Sequence record: AP018399.1
Length of the DNA: 64,000 bases
Reading direction: 5' to 3' (one strand)
Shown here: one piece after another, positions 9,407 through 20,559 of the stretch
Layout: the number at the start of each line of letters is the position of its first letter
How positions within the stretch are numbered: the first letter of the stretch is position 1
Notes under the pieces: model-generated
The model's input: the letters and a program-made list of their open reading frames with translations, nothing else
Database searches by the model: none
What the model was told of the DNA's origin: nothing
Made by a program: the position numbers and the translations under genes

Positions 9407-9640
9407 TTACTGCTTGAAACCGTAAGCAATGAAACCGCCACGGGTGTCGCCGTCAATCTTGTCCGTGCCCACCTTGTAGGAGCGGCCAAAGATATCGAAC
9501 AGTTCCGTTTCCGGGGCCAGCGTGGCAAGCTCTTCCGGAGTGATGAGGGACAGTTCGGTCCCTTCGGCCAGCACCGGTTCCCGGTCTTCGTTACCCCACT
9601 TGAACGTCGGGTGGTTGACAGTCCACTTTGCGCGATTCAT
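9407..9640 (-). CDS. hypothetical protein
   Basis: ORF with AAGGA SD and promoter. Confidence 0.7.
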   Translation of the reverse strand: MNRAKWTVNHPTFKWGNEDREPVLAEGTELSLITPEELATLAPETELFDIFGRSYKVGTDKIDGDTRGGFIAYGFKQ

Positions 9641-9688
9641 TGCATATCCTTGTGTTGGTGGTTTATTATACCACGTCGAAACGGATTG

Positions 9689-10008
9689 TCAACGTCGTCC
9701 GGCAAATGCCATTGCACGCATTGACCGCTCATCGCTCGCCCGGTTCCAATACCGGTCCTTGCAGTTGTTCCGCCCCTTGTTCGAACAGAACGCTTGCTGA
9801 TACGATTTCTTCTTGAACGTGTTGCCACAGCCCGGACACTTGCATTCGCTGCCGGTCTTGGTTGCCTTGGCGACTTCGTACAGGTTCAGGCTTCGCAGCT
9901 TGGCGATTTCACGGGCTTTGCGTTCCCGCTCTTCCTCTTCGGCTGTCCACCCGTCTTCCAGTAGGTCAGACAGGTATTCACCTTCGCTGATTTCGTTCGG
10001 GTCATGCA
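9689..10008 (-). CDS. zinc-finger-like protein
   Basis: CPGC ... FCS ... C motifs; start trimmed to MHDPNE. Confidence 0.6.
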
Positions 10009-10615
10009 TTAGCGGTACTGCCTCCGGCGTAGTTCCTCGTCCAGTGCCGCCCGCCATTCCCAGCCGTAGAAGTCGCCGGTTTCGTCGCCACGGGAGAATG
10101 CGTCTTCCTTTGCCAGCTTGGCATCGGTCCATCGCCGCATGTTCTTTGCAACGCGACGGCGGTACTGCTTGCGGTCTTCGTGTGCCATTAGTCGGTTTCT
10201 TCGTTGGGGTAATCGAAAAACGTACCATCATTTCCGATGGCAATAAGTTCGCTTTTCAGCGATTCATCGGGGACAAGTTCCGACAATACGGTGTCCACCG
10301 ACCCACGAATCATGTTCCCCGTGTCACACTCATCCAGAATATCCAAGAGAGTGTAATTTTCCAGCTTGTCGTCGTCGGTATGATACACGACGAATTGCAG
10401 AACGCTCTTACGCACATTACTCATACTTCTTCCTCCATTTCTTCCAGTTCTTCGGAGTCCATGTGGCAGTCGAGGCCGCACGCACGGCAACGCAGATGGG
10501 TGGTGTTGCCCAGAGTGCCCAGCAGGGTGAAGTTGTAGCTGCCGCAACCGTCGCACTGCATCGTCTTGACTCCTGATTGATTGTGTGTGAATTATAGCTC
10601 AGGTCTGGGTGGCTG

Positions 10616-11224
10616 TCAAGTCCAGCCCATCGACTTGATGAACTCGGCTTGGCGTGCTTCCGCTTCCTTACGCTTCTTGCGTTGCGCATTGAGGAAACGA
10701 TTATACTTCTGTTTCATACCCTTGACGATAGCAGCAGCATCGTGGCGAATGCTGACAGCCGTTTCCACGTCGTTGATGGTGTTGGCATAGTCGCAGCGGT
10801 GGTCCAGAGACAACGCATAGCGAACGGAATGGAACGGGATTTCGATTTTGAAAAACGCCGTGATTGCCTTGAGAACTTCCAGCGCAGTTGTACCGGACGA
10901 AATGAAGTCGTCGCAGATAATCCACACGGGCTTACGGTCGCCGAGGATGATGCGGGAATGTTCGATAGAGCTACCGTGGCTCTTTTCGTTCTTCTTGCGA
11001 ACGTACACCGTGCCAAAATCCACGGTATCGGTCTTGGTGATGAACATGCTGATAGCAGTCGCAGCAGTCGTGCCCGACATGCCACGATAAACGAGAATGG
11101 GGAACTTGCCGTCTGCAATGAGAGCGTCAACTTCCTTGGCGATTGTCCGGCCCCATTCCGCCATGTAGTGCGGATTCATGGAGCTACCATAGTGACTCTT
11201 GCGGTTTTCGTTCAGTCGGCTCAT
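10616..11224 (-). CDS. type I phosphoribosyltransferase-like protein
   Basis: PRPP-binding motif VWIICDDFISSGTT. Confidence 0.7.
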   Translation of the reverse strand: MSRLNENRKSHYGSSMNPHYMAEWGRTIAKEVDALIADGKFPILVYRGMSGTTAATAISMFITKTDTVDFGTVYVRKKNEKSHGSSIEHSRIILGDRKPVWIICDDFISSGTTALEVLKAITAFFKIEIPFHSVRYALSLDHRCDYANTINDVETAVSIRHDAAAIVKGMKQKYNRFLNAQRKKRKEAEARQAEFIKSMGWT

Positions 11225-11324
11225 GTGTGTAGCATACCACTATAATTTACAATGTCAACACTTATTTTCTAGCTTTTTGCACTATGGACATTTCGCAAAT
11301 AGCCGATTTTTCGTCGCGTGGTTC

Positions 11325-11368
11325 CCCGGCCTCCCAGCCATTTTATTATAATTAAGTTCTCTTGTCAA
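11325..11368 (-). repeat. dispersed element, copy 3 (GGCTGGGAGGCCGGG variant)
   Basis: Same consensus, minus strand. Confidence 0.85.
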
Positions 11369-11435
11369 CTATTGCAGACAAAGAAAAGCCCGGATATGCT
11401 CCGGGCTTTCCGCATTCCCCGTTGTGGGGGTTGGG

Positions 11436-11711
11436 TTACTTGCGGGCGATGGAGAAGGCGAACCCGCCCACGTTGCCCGACACGTCCCCGGCCGTCTTCG
11501 GCAGCTTGACGCCACCGGCCAGCTTGGCAGCGCTGCGCACGCGGTCGGCGTTGATGCGGGCGGTGGTCTTCGGCGAGCGGTACAGGCCAGCACGGACCGG
11601 CTTGGCGATGCTGTCGGCGAAGGCGGCGACGCCAGCCTTGACGATGTTCTTGGCGGCTTCGAAGCTCGTGGTGTCGGTGGACTGGCCGTTGACGGTGACG
11701 TTGTAGGACAT
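11436..11711 (-). CDS. hypothetical basic protein
   Basis: ORF with AAGGA SD and terminator. Confidence 0.7.
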   Translation of the reverse strand: MSYNVTVNGQSTDTTSFEAAKNIVKAGVAAFADSIAKPVRAGLYRSPKTTARINADRVRSAAKLAGGVKLPKTAGDVSGNVGGFAFSIARK

Positions 11712-11891
11712 TGGCTTGATTCCTTGTGTTTGGAGTTGGTTTTGGTGGTGTGGGTTGTGCGTTACAGCACTTCGAAATCGTCGTCGTTGCCGTACATCAC
11801 GGCGTCGAGGTCCGCCATGTCTTCGGCGTAGCGTTGGGCGTCGTAAGCGGAGAAATCGAACTCGTCCATTTGTTGCCTCGGTGTTGTTGGT

Positions 11892-12269
11892 TGGTATGGG
11901 TGCTACTATACACCCTTAAATTATATTGTCAACACTTTTTTCAAATTATTTTTCTGCTTGCATGTCGCACCAGCTACCGTCAAGCGTTTTCGACGGCTTC
12001 CAGCTTCACCGTTACACCATCCTTGGTAAACACCATCGGACGGCCCGCCATCACGTTGAGTAGAATCAGGTCAACGCGGGAATCTTCCATGCCACGGCGC
12101 AGCAGCTTTTCCGCTTCATCCTTGGGGAGAACGACAACCGGCTTGCCGTAAGTGGAAAACTTGATATTCATGATGATTCCCTGTGGTATGGGTGCTACTA
12201 TACCCCCTTAAATTATATTGTCAACACCTTTTTTCAAATTATTTTTCCGCTTGCATGTCGCACCAGCTA
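11892..12269. repeat. ~85-bp direct repeat (11892-11976, 12184-12269)
   Basis: Near-identical copies spanning a gene 3' end and a promoter. Confidence 0.9.
11980..12171 (-). CDS. hypothetical protein between 85-bp direct repeats
   Basis: ORF with promoter inside the duplicated segment. Confidence 0.65.
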   Translation of the reverse strand: MNIKFSTYGKPVVVLPKDEAEKLLRRGMEDSRVDLILLNVMAGRPMVFTKDGVTVKLEAVENA

Positions 12270-12814
12270 ATGGCATCTTCCACGCTGGCAGCGTCATAGA
12301 CCACGTTAGCCGGTTCACCAGCGAACACGACCACGCTGGGGCTGGAATAGATGGCGGTCATGCTGATGATGTAGCCGCGATACTGGAAGCCTGCACCAGC
12401 GGCCACATGGTTGCCTTGTGCATCCATGATGCCAAAGCGCTTGGAATTGAGGTTGTCGCTCATGGGCATATCAGTAGTCTCCCGAATCGTACATGCCGTA
12501 ATCTTCATCGGTTCCGAAGCCAGCGGACGCCAGTGCATAGCCGTCATCGGAATCGTCGCAGTCGATATCGTCGCAGTCGATATCTTCCTCACCTTCATCC
12601 TCATCGGACTCCGGATGCGGGACCGGCTCGCCAGTGTAAAACGGATTGGCGACCCACGTATCGGAATCATGCAACAGCCACGCCAGATGCGGGCACTCGC
12701 GGCCAACGTTGCGGGCGAACTCGTTCAGAGCATCATTGTTGGTTGCGTAGGTCATCGTTATGCTCCGTTGATTTGTGTGGTCATTATACACAAACAAATT
12801 CAACATGCAAGGGG

Positions 12815-12858
12815 TTGACGTGACCTAAATTATAGTGTAAAATGGATGGCAGGCCGGG
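12815..12858 (+). repeat. dispersed element, copy 4
   Basis: TTGACG-17-TAAAAT plus motif. Confidence 0.9.
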
Positions 12859-12916
12859 ACAGTATGCGGGGCCAACAAAAAGCCCGGATTGCTCCGGGCT
12901 TTCGATTCTGCTAGGG

Positions 12917-13427
12917 TCAGCGGTATTCGTTGGGGTACTTGGCGAGGATGGCGTACAGGCTGGCGAATTGGGCCGGAATCAGCACGGAATTGATGCGTTC
13001 CCATTCGGCCGGATTCTTGAGCAATTCCGCATCCGGGTTGGTGGTGAAGTGCGAGCCGCCCAGATGGTACAGGTCGGCAGTCTTGCGCAGCGTGTAGATG
13101 GTCTGCACAATCTCGCAGAACTTCCACAGGTCGCGGTCGTCGGTGATGGTCAGCGTATCGCCGAAATGCAGTTTGAGTTGGTCATACAGATTCTTATTCT
13201 GCATTTCCTTATTCTGCCAGTCCATGACGTGCAGGCTGTCCAGATGGTAATGGCAATCGCGATTGCCGAGGTAGCCGAAGCCCCAATACCAGTTGCAATC
13301 GAACGACGGGCGACGGAACAGGATGCCACGGCCATGCACGGAACCGAGACGGAAGTTTGCCGGGAACGCCGCAACCTTGGCATTCAGGTCATTGGAGAAG
13401 GCGTTAGGCTGGGTCCGCATCATCTTA
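12917..13427 (-). CDS. hypothetical phage protein
   Basis: ORF (CNWYWGFGY motif) with promoter and terminator; start approximate. Confidence 0.7.
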
Positions 13428-13479
13428 ATCCGTTGTGGTGTGTGGTCATTATACACACTTAAAAGAAATACGCAACTAC

Positions 13480-13523
13480 TTGCGCAAAAGAAAATTATAG
13501 TGTAAAATGGATGGCAGGCCGGG
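13480..13523 (+). repeat. dispersed element, copy 5
   Basis: TTGCGC-17-TAAAAT plus motif. Confidence 0.9.
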
Positions 13524-13574
13524 AGAGTATGCGGGGCCAAAGAAAAGGAGCCTTGCGGCCCCTTCGCTTTTTAG

Positions 13575-13793
13575 TTAGATTGCCCATTCCAGTGCGGCAT
13601 GGAGGCATTCTTTCGGCGTCCCGCACTTGATGGTGCGAATGCAGCGATTGGTGATGCTGCTGTATTCGTCCAGACCGGTGTAACCGTTGCGGCCTTGGGC
13701 TTCCAGATAGGTGACCTTCCCGCGTTCCTTGGCGACTTCGTTGATGCCCTTGAGGTCATTCCGGAGGTCTTCGCGCATGTAACGGGCCATTTC
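13575..13793 (-). CDS. hypothetical protein
   Basis: ORF with promoter and terminator. Confidence 0.6.
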   Translation of the reverse strand, partial: EMARYMREDLRNDLKGINEVAKERGKVTYLEAQGRNGYTGLDEYSSITNRCIRTIKCGTPKECLHAALEWAI

Positions 13794-13910
13794 GTTCTCG
13801 CCTATCGTGTTGGTGTGTGGGTCATTATACACACTTAAAAGAAATGTGCAATACCCAAATACAAAAAAATCCCCCTATTTCTAGGGGGATTCTTGTGGTA
13901 CCCTTGGCGG

Positions 13911-14654
13911 TTAGCCGTTCAGGATATCGGCCGGGATGCTCGCCACGTCTTCCGGCAGGTAGGACTTGCGGGCGACGATGAGGCGTTCGAAGTTGCCTTC
14001 CTTGAGGCTCAGAAACTTGAGGCCCACGGAGCGCTTGTTCAGCGCCTTGGAAATGGCGTTCGACATGAGGACCGGAGCGCCCGACTTGACGACCTTGTAT
14101 TCGCCCGGTTCGCGCACGTTGCGGTTCAGTTCCAGACAGGCGACCATGATGCTCGCCACGGTCGGCAGGCCATCGGTCAGCACCGGCTGCATGATGCCTT
14201 CGACCTTTTCCGTCACGAAATGGACCTTGATGCCATCGGCGACGCGGGCATAGCAGCGGTCATGGCCCTGACGGTGGGCGTCGCTGCGGTCGCCGGTCAG
14301 CGTGGTATTCATGCTGTCCACTTCCTTCGCCTTGCGGGTGTTGAAGATGGTCAGCAGTTCGGTTTCCGGGAGCTTCGACAGAACCGGGTCGGCGTCGATG
14401 AATTCCTTCACGTCGCTGAAACGCAGGTCCGACAGAGCGGCCATCTTGCGCTTGTACAGGTTTTCGACGCTGAAACGGGTGATGAGTTGCGCATCGTACA
14501 CGGTCGGCTTCACGCGGTCGCTGGTGGCGACGTAGCCGTACACGGTGGCGATACCGCCCTGACGGGCAACGCTCAGGCTTTCCAGCGCTTCGGCCTGTTC
14601 GGCAGTGGCGCGGAACTTCTGGCCGTTCAGGTCGGTGAGAATCAGGTGGGTCAT
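13911..14654 (-). CDS. hypothetical phage protein
   Basis: 247-aa ORF with AAGGA SD and terminator. Confidence 0.8.
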   Translation of the reverse strand: MTHLILTDLNGQKFRATAEQAEALESLSVARQGGIATVYGYVATSDRVKPTVYDAQLITRFSVENLYKRKMAALSDLRFSDVKEFIDADPVLSKLPETELLTIFNTRKAKEVDSMNTTLTGDRSDAHRQGHDRCYARVADGIKVHFVTEKVEGIMQPVLTDGLPTVASIMVACLELNRNVREPGEYKVVKSGAPVLMSNAISKALNKRSVGLKFLSLKEGNFERLIVARKSYLPEDVASIPADILNG

Positions 14655-14992
14655 TGCCGTTCCTTGTTGGTTGGTATGGGTGAATTATACACGACCCGTC
14701 GAGGTTGTCAACAGGTTTTTTCAATTTATTTTAGTGGAAGTGTGCCCGGATTTGCTTTTCGGCCTGATACAATGTCCAGCACAGACGGCCGTTCACTTCG
14801 ACATAGTTGCAGTCGCTACGGGCGAAATGACGTTCACACATACGCATCGCGTAGTCCGGGCCAATCATGTTGGCGGGGTCATACGAACGGGTGCGGGTGT
14901 GGCGGACGATGGTGACGGGTTGCGTAGCCATTTCATTTCCTCGCCTTAACTTATGTGTCCATTATACACACTTAAATTATTTGTGCAAGGGG

Positions 14993-15035
14993 TTGACAAA
15001 AGAAAATTATAGTGTAAAATGGATGGCAGGCCGGG
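14993..15035 (+). repeat. dispersed element, copy 6
   Basis: TTGACA-16-TAAAAT plus motif. Confidence 0.9.
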
Positions 15036-15171
15036 ACTATAGCCCGGACAGAATGAAACCCCAGCCTTGCGACCGGGGTTTCGGAAAGGATTCGCCGTCT
15101 GTCCAGTTATTTCGCTGGCGGGTTCAACCTGTAGACATAATGCCACAGGTTGTTATACTTGTCAAGCGATT

Positions 15172-15504
15172 TTAGCGCTTGATGTACAGGCCGGAACCGT
15201 ACAGGTCGCACGGCTTGCCATTGCCCACGTCGAGGCCATCATTCCAGATGGAACCGCGCTTGCCCTTGGCGGGCTTCTTCCAGCCATCGGCCTTGAGAAT
15301 GTCGCCATTGCTCAGGTCGATGAAGCAATAGACCATGCGCTGCGAATCCTGATTCACGATGCGAGCGAATTTCTGGCCGTATTCCACTTCGAACGTGCCC
15401 TTGAACGGCAGGTAGCCGCGATTCGGCAGTTCCAGCATGTAATACTTTTGCAGTTCCCCCACGAACAGGGTAATGCGGTCTTCGATGCCAGCTTGACGTG
15501 CCAT
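15172..15504 (-). CDS. conserved phage protein (ILKADGWKKPAKGKRGSI motif)
   Basis: Motif recalled from a widespread phage family. Confidence 0.7.
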   Translation of the reverse strand: MARQAGIEDRITLFVGELQKYYMLELPNRGYLPFKGTFEVEYGQKFARIVNQDSQRMVYCFIDLSNGDILKADGWKKPAKGKRGSIWNDGLDVGNGKPCDLYGSGLYIKR

Positions 15505-15565
15505 TGCGTAGCTCCCTTGTGTATGCGACTAGTATACTGACTTAAATTGCAATGTCAAGTATAAT

Positions 15566-15933
15566 TTAGTCGATTCGCGTTTCCACGTTGCAGGGGATGC
15601 CACGTTCCCGCAGTTCAGCAGCGAAGGCATTGAGGCAACGGGCACGATAGTCCATGCTCTGCCACATGCCATCGGCCTTGACCATATCGGCCGACATGCT
15701 GAAATAGTAATGCTTCCGGTAGTCATCCCAGCGCCAGTTATGCGCTTTCAGCACGTTGGCGAGGCGATGATTCTTGCGAATCTTGATGCAGGCCCACGCG
15801 AAGCCGCAGGGATACCAATGCGGCTCGGCAATCAGCGATTGCTCATTGAGCTTCACCATGCCCGCGCTGATTGCCAGCAGCAGGGCTTCATTGGTAACGG
15901 TAACGTACTGGTCGGGCTTCTTGCCGGTCATGT
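15566..15933 (-). CDS. hypothetical protein
   Basis: ORF with promoter. Confidence 0.65.
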
Positions 15934-15995
15934 TGGCGATTCCGCTTGAGTGTGTGGTCATTATACACACTTAAAAGAAATGTGCAAGCTTTATT

Positions 15996-16511
15996 TTAGC
16001 CAATCGTGCGACGCTGGCCCGTCCAGTCATTGCGATTGAATACCTGTCCCGAACGGTTGCGGATGCCCGCGATGCTGCAACGTTGCATGGCCGCATGATG
16101 CTTCGGACCGGCCCACGTTTCGGCCCCGTTCGCATTGCGGTACAGATATTCATTCTTGACACGGCCACGCTTGACCGTGATACCGTATTGCGAACAACGG
16201 GTGCCGGTGCCGCCCAGCGAGCGATGAATCGCCTTCCAGATGCGGTCATGGCCCGAACGCCCACGCAACGCATAGTCAACCATGTGCGCAATTTCATGCG
16301 ACACAGTATTGCGGAATTCTTCCGGAACCTGCGAAGCGTTATGGGTATTGAACTGTACTTCCCAGCTACCTTGCTTCGCCCAGCCATTCATGCGGCCCTT
16401 CGCGAAGAATGACACCTTCGGAACGGGACGGGCAGCGTAAGCCGGATACAGGGCACGGGCCTTCGCATCGTACTCGTGGAAATAACCCATGATGGTGGCT
16501 TCGATGCTCAT
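15996..16511 (-). CDS. SprT-like zinc metalloprotease
   Basis: HEIAH, GHDRIWK and CS motifs. Confidence 0.8.
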   Translation of the reverse strand: MSIEATIMGYFHEYDAKARALYPAYAARPVPKVSFFAKGRMNGWAKQGSWEVQFNTHNASQVPEEFRNTVSHEIAHMVDYALRGRSGHDRIWKAIHRSLGGTGTRCSQYGITVKRGRVKNEYLYRNANGAETWAGPKHHAAMQRCSIAGIRNRSGQVFNRNDWTGQRRTIG

Positions 16512-16902
16512 TGTCTGTTTCCTGTTTGTGTGTGCCCATTATACACACTTAAATTATTAGTGCAACCCCTTTTACCAATCTTTTTCATTGATGATAATGG
16601 GACGGCTGTCGGAAAACTCCGGAAGGCGGGACAGGCTGATTTTCAGCGTTTCATGGTCCACGCTACCGGCTTCCCATGTGACCACGCGGGGCTGATTCGC
16701 CCAACCCATGTAACGGGATTCGCGGATGCGCTTTGCGCCAAGCTGGCGCAGCATGGATTTGTACATTTCCGCGTCATACGGGAATGCATCGAATTGGGAA
16801 GACTGGTGCAGGTATTCACGCATGACGGTATTCCCTTGGGGTGTGTGACCATTATACACAAACAAATGAGGGTGTCAACTACAAATTTCAATCTTTTTAG
16901 GC

Positions 16903-16945
16903 TTGACATTCCTATAATTTAGTGTAAAATGGATGGCAGGCCGGG
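16903..16945 (+). repeat. dispersed element, copy 7
   Basis: TTGACA-16-TAAAAT plus motif. Confidence 0.9.
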
Positions 16946-16987
16946 GATATAGCGAGGCAAAAAGAAAGGGGCCGTAGCCCCTTTCCC

Positions 16988-17254
16988 TTAGCGGATGATG
17001 GTGGACTCACAGGTCGGGGAGTTGGTAGCATCCGGGGCCGGCTGCACCACGTCCGGATTGGCCCGGACCATCCAACCCATGCGGCCCATCTTGAGGCCAC
17101 GGGCGACCACTTCGCCGCAGTCGCGGACGATGACGGTATCACCATCGGCCTCGACCGAGTAACCGGCCTTCTTCATGCTCTTCTTGAAGCCGGTCATCCA
17201 CGTATTCGGGGCGAAGCGGGCGACGGTCTTGAAGTGGGCTTCGTTCTGGCGCAT
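16988..17254 (-). CDS. hypothetical protein
   Basis: ORF with GGAG SD and terminator. Confidence 0.7.
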   Translation of the reverse strand: MRQNEAHFKTVARFAPNTWMTGFKKSMKKAGYSVEADGDTVIVRDCGEVVARGLKMGRMGWMVRANPDVVQPAPDATNSPTCESTIIR

Positions 17255-17360
17255 CGGTGTGTCTCCGTGGTTGATGTGTGTACTATACTCCCTTAAATTT
17301 ATTTGTCAACACCTTTTTTCAAATATTTTTAGGGGTTGACAGGATTCGGTGGGCTAGTCT

Positions 17361-17403
17361 CCCGGCCTGCCATCCATTTTACACTTATAATTTAGAAAGT
17401 CAA
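17361..17403 (-). repeat. dispersed element, copy 8
   Basis: TTGACT-16-TAAAAT plus motif. Confidence 0.9.
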
Positions 17404-18335
17404 GTATTGCAGACAAAGAAAAGCCCGGATATGCTCCGGGCTTTCCTGTTTACATTGCTCGGCGGCTGATTGCATCGCCGGTGAAGGCTTCCCACACGTC
17501 ATACGGCATGGAAAGGCGGATAACCCCTTCACCATCGAAAACGTGTACCTGTCCGTCATCGTCCATTTCGGCGATGAATTCGTCAGCTTGGGCGAGGATG
17601 GTCACCCCATCGGACCGACTGCAATCGCATTCGGCCATCGGGTGTATACGGCGAGAACAGCCGTCGTCGCAGGCACGGTCAGGGCGTTCGGGCATTGGCA
17701 TTCTCCATTAGGTTCGGGTCCACGTCATGTACTGGCGTTCGGTGATTTCGCCATTCTTGTGGAGGGAATCGGTCCAGTCATTGAACGCGGTGTCCAGCGT
17801 CGCACGACCTTGGTCCGGGAGCTTCGGGGCGATTTCGTCTTTGAAGAACTTGCGGGCTTCACGAAGGGTCATGGCGGCGTTCCGTTGTGGTATGGGTGCC
17901 ATTATACTCAATTAAATTGAGTTGTCAACACCTAGTTTTTGTTCGGTGGGAAGGTATAATGCCGCTTTGACACAGGCGAACCGCAATGCTTGCAGCGCCC
18001 GTGCATGATGTAGTAGCGTTCGGTTAGTTGATTCGTGAAACGGTTTGTGCTTTCCCAGCCGTCACCCTGTACCCAGCGGTCAACCTCATGCACGTCGCTT
18101 TTGCAACGCATGGTGATGGCCTCGACCTTGGCCCGTGCGATGGTCACTTCACGTTGCGTTTCCGCTTCGATTGCCTTCGCATTGGCCTCGGCGGCTTTCG
18201 TCTGAGCCGCTAGGATTTGGATATCTTGACGGCGTGCGATGTAGCAATGCACGATGGTCCAGAGAGGGCCGAAAATGCCCTTGAATTGACGTGTGGCGCT
18301 CACATGGGTGAACACCACGTCGATTGGTTCCTGAC

Positions 18336-18566
18336 TCATGCCGCAGCCTTTTCCTCGCTGTAGAAGTCTTCCGGGCTGTAATCGCTGGTAACGCCATCGG
18401 TCCAGAACAGGCCAACATAGTTGGGATTCCGCGACCACGGCTGCCACGCGATGTACCACTGGCCGTACAGGTCAACCCCGACGACATAGCCCGCATTCTT
18501 CCAATGCACCTTGCGGCCAGCCTTCACGGCTTCCTGAATCTCGGCGAGGGTATTGAACTGAGCCAT
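18336..18566 (-). CDS. hypothetical protein
   Basis: ORF with promoter. Confidence 0.65.
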   Translation of the reverse strand: MAQFNTLAEIQEAVKAGRKVHWKNAGYVVGVDLYGQWYIAWQPWSRNPNYVGLFWTDGVTSDYSPEDFYSEEKAAA

Positions 18567-18736
18567 TTGCGTGTCCCGTGTTGGTATGGGTGTAGAATAT
18601 CACACTTGAATTATATGTCAACCCCTTGCCTTAAAATAATTCATGGGTATAATGCTTGGCGCAAAAGAAAAGCCCCCAGCATTGCTAGGGGCTTTTCACA
18701 CCACGGGTTAGGGCACCACCCCTAACCCCACCATGC

Positions 18737-18994
18737 TTAGCGGCGGTTGACGACCATCGCCGGGTTGTGCAGCGGGATGCGGTAGATGACCGGAGCCGGA
18801 CCGCGCTTGCCTTCCGGACGCTCGGCGACACCGACTTCCGTCGCGAGGCCGAGACGGGCCAGCGTGGACAGGTCGGGCTGCTTGACGCGCTTGCCGTTGA
18901 TGCTCAGACGCGAGTCCTTGCCACGGCCGATGATATCGGCGACGGTACCCTCGATGTAGTCCGGGGTCTGGTTGAAAGTGGTCTTGTTTGCCAT
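18737..18994 (-). CDS. putative winged-helix-like small protein
   Basis: LSTLARLGLATEVG ... GPAPVIY pattern; GAGGA SD. Confidence 0.5.
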   Translation of the reverse strand: MANKTTFNQTPDYIEGTVADIIGRGKDSRLSINGKRVKQPDLSTLARLGLATEVGVAERPEGKRGPAPVIYRIPLHNPAMVVNRR

Positions 18995-19297
18995 GTTCGT
19001 TTTCCTCAGAGTGGATTTGATTTGAAGGGTTTGTTTCTACAACGTGGATAGTCTATCTAACTTATAACAGCTTGTCAACTACTTTCTTGAAATAAGTCCT
19101 AACGCAAGCGTTAAGACAGGTACGGCAGGACGGCACCCACGAAAGCGGTAGCGTCCGGGGTAGCGGTGAAGTGGTTCACCAGCTTGATGACAGCCCATGC
19201 CAGCAGCGCAAGGCCACCGATGGACACCAGCAGGCCGACGATGAAGGCCAGCAGCCACAGCTTGCCGAAATGCTTGAAGATGAATTCCATGTTTGCC

Positions 19298-19639
19298 TCA
19301 GTAGAGAGTGGTATACTGCTTGTCGGACTTGGGGAACATCACAACGGACAGGATGGGGAAGTCCAGCTTGTCATTGGGCTTCACAACCTTGCCATTGAAA
19401 CGAATTGCACCCTGCTCAATGAAACGTCGCAGAGTCGAATTGGATGCGGCCTTCTTCTCGGCCACGTCCCAGAAACCTTCCTTGCCCAGCCCCAGAAGCC
19501 ATTCATAGGCCGTCTTGTTGGGGATGAAGGCATCGGATACACGACACCAGTTGCGGACCAGCTTGAACTTCACGAGGGGCAAATCCTCATGGATTTCAAG
19601 GACTTCGATGGTATGGCCGTTGAGTTCGATGCTTTCCAT
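19298..19639 (-). CDS. S4-like RNA-binding domain protein
   Basis: SNSTLRRFIEQGAIRFNG resembles the S4 motif of the TyrRS C-terminus. Confidence 0.6.
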   Translation of the reverse strand: MESIELNGHTIEVLEIHEDLPLVKFKLVRNWCRVSDAFIPNKTAYEWLLGLGKEGFWDVAEKKAASNSTLRRFIEQGAIRFNGKVVKPNDKLDFPILSVVMFPKSDKQYTTLY

Positions 19640-19863
19640 GTGCTAAATTATACACACTTAAGTTGTGGTGTCAACTACTTCCGTATAAAGCCAGTTCTTC
19701 GGGTCCATACGATTCCAGCGCGCGAGTTCGGCGAGGAAGATGCCCCGATGGGCGCATTCGATTTCACGAATCCATGAACGATTCGTGGGGATATGCTTGG
19801 CCCTATACTTGTACTTGGTCGGGATGACCGGAGGATTCTTCCACCATGCGTCCATTGAAACCC

Positions 19864-20172
19864 TCAGACATTGGTCATCTTCACGAATGTTGCGACGGCC
19901 GCGATTGCACCCGCATACAGGCACAGGTATTGGCCGAAATGGTTGCGAAGGTCGCTCCACATGCGAGCCAGAGGACCACGCTTCTCCGCATTGTAGGAGC
20001 GGTAGACGGAGCGGACGAAGTTGCCGGTGAAATACGACTGCACCTTGGCGACCAGCACGACCACCACGACGGCGACCACAGCCGACACCATGATGGGGAA
20101 CAGCACGTTGCTGTTGTACAACTGGTATTCCAGCGGGTTGCGGTAGACGATGAATTCCTGCGGCTGGCTCAC
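19864..20172 (-). CDS. putative membrane protein
   Basis: Two hydrophobic segments. Confidence 0.55.
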   Translation of the reverse strand: MSQPQEFIVYRNPLEYQLYNSNVLFPIMVSAVVAVVVVVLVAKVQSYFTGNFVRSVYRSYNAEKRGPLARMWSDLRNHFGQYLCLYAGAIAAVATFVKMTNV

Positions 20173-20559
20173 GTTGTCAGTCTCAGTTAGTGGAATGAGA
20201 TATAATTTACCTCATTCCACATAGGTTGTCAAGCGGTTTTATCGCTTGGATTTGCGCTTTGCAATGCGGGCCTTTGCACGCTGGGCACGGGCTGCGTTAT
20301 GCTTGCCGGTACGGGTCCGCGACCACTGGCTGAATAGCTGCTGCATACGCAACTGGTTCAGGTAGTCATCCGCTGCCTTCTGTAGCTCAGCGCTGTCGAT
20401 TTCTTTGCCTTCGGCGGTCAGGTCGGTTACGAGTTCGTCACTGGTTTGCATTTGTTATCCTAAGTTAGACGGCTAGGATAGCAAATAGATGACTCAAGTT
20501 CAATACTTGACTTTGAGTGTAGAAGATGAGATAAATACGGTATATCCCGGAATCTCATC

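Larger units (their letters stand above)
13441..15987. repeat. three copies of a >=26-bp early-promoter segment (13441, 13820, 15953)
   Basis: GGTCATTATACACACTTAAAAGAAAT. Confidence 0.85.
11370..17446. repeat. 42-bp identical terminator-containing repeat (11370-11411, 17405-17446)
   Basis: TATTGCAGACAAAGAAAAGCCCGGATATGCTCCGGGCTTTCC. Confidence 0.9.
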
